From the human T2T-CHM13v2.0 reference genome, Homo sapiens, in the NCBI RefSeq assembly GCF_009914755.1, contig NC_060945.1: 64,000 nucleotides of DNA; one strand, written 5' to 3'. Position 1 is the first letter of the stretch. Every line of letters starts with the position of its first letter. The notes under the pieces are model-generated. The model worked only from the letters and a program-made list of their open reading frames with translations, was not told the DNA's origin and made no database searches. Positions 57,716-64,000 of this stretch are shown piece after piece. The translations under genes were made by a program, and so were the position numbers.

Positions 57716-58267
57716 GAGACAGGGTCTTGCTCTGTTGCCCAGGCACAATCACAGTGGCACAATCACAGCTCACTGATCCTTGACCTCCTTGGCCCAAGCA
57801 ATACGCCTCTTTCAGCCTCCTGAGTATCTGGGACCACTGGTGGGAGCCACCATGCCTGGCTTTCAAAAATTTTTTGTAGAGATGGGGTCTCCCTATGTTG
57901 GCCAGGCTGGTCTCAAATTCCTGAAATCAAGCAATCTTCCTGCCTCAGCCTCCCAAAGTGCTAGAATTCAGGTGTGAGCCACCACTCCTGGCCCTGGGGA
58001 TTACGTTTCAACATGACATTTGGAGGAGACAGACATCCAAACCATATCACTAGTTGATAGGTACATAGGTACTTATATTATTCTTCATTTCCTTTTCTAT
58101 GTCTCAAATATTGCAAAATAAATTTTTATAAAGAAAAGAGATTGGGAGCCACTCGGGTGGAGAAAGTGAATCATTTGAATGTCAAATATGGGGACTATAG
58201 GTCAGAAGGGGCTGGAAGTGCCATAGTGTTTGTTCCTTCTGACTTCACTTCTCTTTTCCTATTCCAG

Positions 58268-58403
58268 AATAATGTTGGGAAAGAAAAAGTGTTATAAGAA
58301 TCTCTTCCTTTTCTTCTGAGATCCAGGATCCTTACAGTTCTCTCCTACAGTTTGCTCTCCTTCTTGGTTTGGATAGGCTACTGTTAGGGCAGTCAAGTTC
58401 AGA
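58268..58403 (+). pseudogene. Candidate exon 22 (E*CWERKSVIRISSFSSEIQDPYSSLLQFALLLGLDRLLLGQSSS)
   Basis: Strong acceptor CTTCTCTTTTCCTATTCCAG, donor AGA|GTGAGT; single stop in phase 1 to 2. Confidence 0.55.
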
Positions 58404-58883
58404 GTGAGTACTTGTTTTTGTAAAGTCACTGTGGTTTCTTATCTTTTGTGTTTTCCAAGCTGTTTCTGATTTAATATTTTCTAGTGCTCCTTTTATGCAC
58501 ATGTTTAGTGTACAAATTCTCTCAGAAATAAAGTGTGACTGATATACAGCTAATATTCCTCCTCCACACAAACAAAAGGTCTTCTAGACAAGCAACAAAT
58601 AAGAATCAATGTGCTTGGTGTCCAGAATGGCTTACAGCATATCTCTCTCTTTGGTCAGCTGAAAAGGGAGGTGGTTTTAACTCAAGTTAATAAACAGTCC
58701 TGCTATTCCTTATGCTCTAACATACACCTATGTCAACAGAAAATATGTTGGTTTTGTATGTTTTCACTTAATACTTTGCTGCAGTGAGTTTTGCCTAAAT
58801 GTCTTATTATGGTGGCTAGAGTTCTGAGTATAGAATATTACTCTTTTTGTGTTATTTCAATGATACTGTCCTCTTACCAGTAT

Positions 58884-60240
58884 TGTAGGACCAACAGGTT
58901 TGTATGTCCACTGTGCAGTAACATACCAATTACACGAAGACAACAGTGTTTGCAGCAGAGAAAGAGTCTAATGATTGCAGGGCACTAAGTAAGGTGATGG
59001 GAGGAGACCCTCATATCCATCTCCCCGAGGAGTCCTGGGTGGGGGCTTTTAAGGGGATCATGAAGTATGAAGGGCTGGAATATTGGGGCCATTAATTGGT
59101 CAGTGTATGAGATATGAAACCATCAAGATGTAGAAACTCAGAATCACATAGGCCTCAGAATCACATAGGCTTCTTCAGGGAGTCAGCATCTTGTGGGGCC
59201 CTTCAGACCAGCTGACATCAGTAGTTTCATTGATATACAGGACCTGAAAGAATATCTCAGATGGAAAACTCAACATCTTATAATGTTCATGTTGTTATCT
59301 ATAGAGCAGGTAAGGGGAACTATAATCTTGTAATGGGTTGTAACCACCCAATGGGTTTACCTTGCCCACTGCCTAGACAGAGCCAATTTATTCAGAGGAA
59401 TTGCAAGGAAGAAAGAGTAATTCATGCAGAGCTGGCTGTACAGGAGAGCAGAGTTTTATTATTACTCAAATCAGTCTCCCTGAGCATTTGGGGATTGGAG
59501 ATTTTAAAGATAATTTGATGGGTAGGGGCTTGGGAAGTGGCGAATGAGGATTGGTCAGGTTGGAGATGGAATCATAGGGGGTCGAAGTGAAGTTTTTTTG
59601 CTGCCTTTGTTCCTGGGTGGGATGGCAGAACTGGTTGAGCCAGATTACTGGTCTGGGTGGTGTTACCTGATCCATCCACTGCAGGGTCTGCAAAATATCT
59701 CAAGCATTGATCTTAGGTTTTACAATAGTGATGCTGTCCCTAGGAGCAATGTGGGGAGGTTCAGACTCTTGGAGCCAGAGGCTCCATGACCCCTCAACCT
59801 TAATTTCTAATCTTGTAGCTAATTTGTTAGTCCTGCCAAGGCAGACTGGTCTCCAGGCAAGAAAGGGATCTTTTTGTAAAAGGGCTGTTATCAATTTTGT
59901 TTCAGAGTCCAACCATGAACTGAATTCCTTCCCAAAGTTAGTTTGGCCTATGCCCAGGAATGAACAAGGACAGCTAAATGGTTAGAAGCAAGATGGAGTC
60001 GGTTAGGTCTCATCTCTTTCCCTGTTACAATTTCCTCAGTTGTAAGTTTTGCAAAGGCAGTTTCAGGGTCTATGTGATTCTGAGGCAGTCATCACCAAAC
60101 AACCAGGAGGAAGCAGGTCAGAGAGCAGCTGGCCTAGTGATGCACGCTGAGCCTGCTGCGAGCCTGGTTTAGTTTCCTTGCTCTTCCTCCGTTCTTCCCT
60201 GATTAATTTTATAAAGTATATAGGGATGATTTTTACCAGC
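58884..60240 (-). mobile_element. MER4-group ERV1 LTR interrupted by LTR8 (59339-60065)
   Basis: LTR8 end TGTAACCACCCAATGGGTTTACCTTGCCC..AGACAGAGCC; perfect TSD GGGT. Confidence 0.8.
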
Positions 60241-60342
60241 ATCCTGTGTATCAGACTCATTAATTCATGAAGAAGGACCAAGGTGGGGGTTTGGGGGGAA
60301 GGCAAAGGAGCCTATCACTCTTTTGTTTATGATAAAACCTAG

Positions 60343-60583
60343 AAAACTCGTGCAAAAACTGAAAGTTTGCCTTCTCATCCCTGAAAATCTCTTTTTTATA
60401 GAAATCATTATTTTAGTTATAGTGACAGAGTAATGCTTTCTCAGGAATTTAGTATTTTTCATTGTTGTAGATTTTTTGGGTTGTTTTTGTCAGTTGTCGG
60501 TTATTGAAATCTGATCCCTCTGTTGAAATTGAATTTGGAAGCTGAAGAATGGAAAGATTTTTAATAATATTCTTAAAAATAAA
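60343..60583 (+). pseudogene. Candidate exons 23 (60343-60364, KLVQKLK) and terminal 24 (60471-60545, IFWVVFVSCRLLKSDPSVEIEFGS*) with AATAAA at 60578
   Basis: Phases 2 to 0, then 0; 106-nt intron; acceptor TTTTTCATTGTTGTAG; exon 23 donor is weak (AAA|GTTTGC). Confidence 0.35.
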
Positions 60584-60605
60584 AAGCTTTTTAAAGTGGC
60601 AATAA

Positions 60606-60912
60606 GGCTGGGTGCAGTGGCTCACACCTGCAATCCCAGCATTTTGGGAGACCAAGGTGGGCTGATCACTTGAGGTCAGGAGTTCAAGACCAGTGTGGCC
60701 AACATGGTGAAACTACATCTCTAGTAAAAATACAAAACTTAGCTGGGCATGGTGGTACATACTTGTAATCCCAGATACTCCAGAGGCTGAGGTAGGAGAA
60801 TTGCTCAGACCCTGGGAGGCAGAGGTTGCAGTGAGCCGAGATAATGCCATTGCGCTCCAGCCTGGGTGACAGAGTGAGACTGTCTCAAAAAAAAAAAAAA
60901 AAAAAAAAAAAA
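60606..60912 (+). mobile_element. AluS
   Basis: Full Alu with long A tail; degenerate TSD A(A/G)AGTGG(C/G)AATA. Confidence 0.95.
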
Positions 60913-62680
60913 GAGTGGGAATAGTAGTGAAGTATTACCTGGATATGCTAGGATTTCGATCAAGGGAAAAGGTTTCCCCCAGGGACAGTTCTCTATAAAG
61001 GTCTTGCTTAGGATGTGGTGTGGGTCGGGGGAGTTGGCCCTGGAGTCCTATTTACTGTGCATTAAAAAAATACATCAGGCACAATTCAAAGCCTTTGTCT
61101 GGTCATCAAAATCCTGTGATGCTGGAATGATGCATTTTATCACCTTGTTCTCAATCTTCTAACAGAATCCAAACACTTGACCAGCTATATGATGAATTTC
61201 TTCAGTAAACAATTTGCACCTTGCAGTCATCTGAAACAGAAGAATTTTTCTACATAATTATTTACTCCTTAAAATCATATTTATTTTCCTGAATCACTTG
61301 CATTTGCTTACTTAGCCAAGAAATGGTGAAAAAGTCCTAGTTAGATTCTAAAATGCAGTCTGTACAAATAGATATGTCGTTCTTGTTCATGCTGTATATT
61401 AATATGTAAAACAATGCCTTCCACATAATAGATGCCATTAACCACCAAAAGAAAAAAATGAATGAATGAATGTGTTCTTCATATTTATTCTCCTACAATT
61501 TCGGGATGCTGTTTTTTCTATTAATGTAACTCCAGCTAGTGGGAGATATGAAGAGCCTAGGAAATAGAAAAGAAGGAAACAGCTGGAACTCACAGGCAGG
61601 TCAGGGGACTCTAATCATCTTTCATTTTATACACACAAGATTAAAGAGTCCCTCTGAGTTTTGATTAAGGATGCACAGTTATAAGATTAAATACCAGTGA
61701 GCCAAATTAGAAAAGCTTTAACTCCAGTCTCAGGATTCATCAAAACTCTTCCTGCTACCCCCTCCCTCACATTAAGCCATCTTTACAACATGGGATTAGA
61801 GCAAACTATTTAAGACTTCATGTCCCCAGGCTCTTTGTCACCTTTGCTGTACAGCTGTCCTCATTCTGATCACAAACAATTCTCTCATCAAGAATCAAAG
61901 CTCATTTCCCCTTGAAATTTCTGTTTATATCCATGACTGAATTCATTCCAGCACCTCTACACGTATTTATTTATTTTGGCGACCTGCAGGGTCCTATATC
62001 AGGTACAACATGCACTCTTGTCTTATGCATTGTCATGAAACATATTAAAACTTAGTATGCTTGTCTGTTTTAGAAAAGACCTCTTTAATCATTCCAGTAA
62101 TTATGCAAACACTCCCACAGGGCCAACAATAAACATGTCCTTCCCTTCCTGAGAAGCCTTCTGACTGTCTCCTTGGAAGCCACACCAAAGGGATTGGACA
62201 GAACGTGCAATTAATAACTCAAATGAGGAGAGGTTAATATGGTCATCAGGCATCTGAGAAATAAAAGTGTCATTGCTTTATTAAAAGCTGTAATTCAGGT
62301 ACAAGCTTACATAGTAATGATAAGACAATTTTAAAGAAATAAATGAAAGGACCAGAAGAAAAAAAAATGTTGATCTTAACTCTAGATGAGATTTTAGATT
62401 CTGCAAACATATTTTCTTGGTTGATAAAGAATGAGATCCATTGACCTTTAAATGTATTATTTGTTGCAAGAAAATGTAGAAGTCCAAGGAAACTCTACAG
62501 GGACTTTGCTACTTGAGGTTTGATAACCTGTCCATGAGTTTCCTAAGTACAGTGAATTTTCGAGGGTCCGTTTTCATGTGGCCTCAGGAGATCAAATTTA
62601 ATCATTTAGGTTTTCCTTTCTCCTACTTGGGAGGGGTGTAGGGGCTTGAGAAGCTCAGGGCTATTTAAAAAGACCTACAT

Positions 62681-62797
62681 GGGCCAGACGTGGTGGCTCA
62701 TGCCTGTAGTCTCAGCACTTTGGGAGGATGAGTGGGGAGAATCACTTGAGCCCAGGAGTTTGAGACCAATCTAGGCAATATAGGGAGACCACTGTCT

Positions 62798-62859
<62 letters not shown>

Positions 62860-63020
62860 TAGTCATATGTGGTGTCACACACCTGTCATCCAAGCTACTC
62901 AGGAGGCTGAGGCTGGAGGATCTCTTGAGCCCAGGAATTTGAGGCTTCATTGAACCTTGATCAAGCCACTGCCCCAGCCTGGGCAACAGAACAAGACCCT
63001 GTCTCAATAAAGTAAAATAA
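62681..63020 (+). mobile_element. AluJ whose middle linker has expanded into (TA)n (~62806-62855)
   Basis: Alu arms flank ~25 TA units. Confidence 0.9.
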
Positions 63021-64000
63021 AATGGCCTATACTATCTTTTTGTTGTTGTTGTTGCCTCACTTAGTATCAAAGAAGATTAAGAGAAATGTAAAGAGCTAGA
63101 CTTTGAGCTCCTATGTAATAAGGTCCAGGTATATGAAAGAGAATAATGATGAGGCCCTGATGTACATCCCATAACGTGAGAAATGACAGTTAGAAGAACA
63201 GGGGGACTCTGTTTAGTGGTAACATGAACTCTTTAAGGAACTCTTTAAGGAAGCTGGGACAAGGGAGAGCCTTCAATTTCTCATACACAGAAGCCAATAT
63301 GGGCTGTTTATGGTTGAATGAGGAGGAGGATGGTTTGGGTTCCTTGACCTATGTCACTGAGGTACAATCTTTATTTCAAACCCTCCCAGGCCACGATGAA
63401 AAGACTCCTGGAAAACCATGAGGTGGCCCTCCCAAACCCTAAGATTGGAATGTGGTTTTCCTAGGGAAAGAAGACTCATGAGCTGTCTGGAGGTGAGCAT
63501 TGGTGGGGAAGGTCTTTAGGAGCAAGAAGAAAACCGTGGGCTTTATCCTTTAGGCTACGGAGTCATTGGAGAATTTTGGACAGAGGAATAATGAGATAGA
63601 AGTAATGTCTAGAGAATATTAATTTGATAACAGGGTACAAAATAATTTAGGAGATTTCTGGGAAGGGGGCCAGTTCAGAATCTTCTTCCCCCCATAATCT
63701 GTACGTGAGAACATGAAGTGCTGTTGGTTTATTGAGTGAGCTAAACTGAGCGGGGGTAGAACTAGGGAACGATTTAATTTTTCATCGTCTATTGCATTTA
63801 AATGTGGTCTGTTTGATCCCTTTTCCTTATCCCTGAATGAGATCTGAGGAAAATCACATAGCTTTCTTGTCCTTTTGACTTGTTAGACAAGTCCTATTTT
63901 GTTAAGAGTCACTGTGTCTGGTATTAAACAGCCCAGTCTAAATAAAAACTTCAGGCTCAGATCCAATTCTGAGCTTCTCACCTTCCCTCAACTCAGGTCT

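Noticed and set aside
57284-57866. Long F/S/L-rich and K/E/R-rich ORFs on both strands
   Set aside because: Produced by the stop-free pyrimidine microsatellite plus THE1-int and Alu sequence

Overview
Primate (hominoid: it carries an SVA and an AluY) nuclear DNA, CpG-depleted and dominated by interspersed repeats: about 21 Alus, L1/L2/MIR relics, many MaLR and ERV1 LTRs, a truncated HERV9/LTR12, an SVA_A nested in an L1PA and a U13 snoRNA retrocopy. There is no intact protein-coding gene, and most ORF-track entries are repeat artefacts. The main unexplained signal is in the repeat-free islands from 13.7 to 60.6 kb. They hold about 24 exon-sized + strand segments flanked by mostly canonical splice sites, and two runs of them chain with consistent intron phases. 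The chain runs from a Kozak ATG (13675) to a TGA plus AATAAA (60545/60578), about 2.7 kb or 900 codons with scattered in-frame stops. This looks like a decayed multi-exon (possibly unitary) pseudogene of a protein I cannot name. Other points of interest are a ~440-bp local templated duplication inserted into an L1MC, a processed-type HERV9 cut at its poly(A) site, and several nested TE stacks. All subfamily calls and exon models were made by eye and need computational confirmation.
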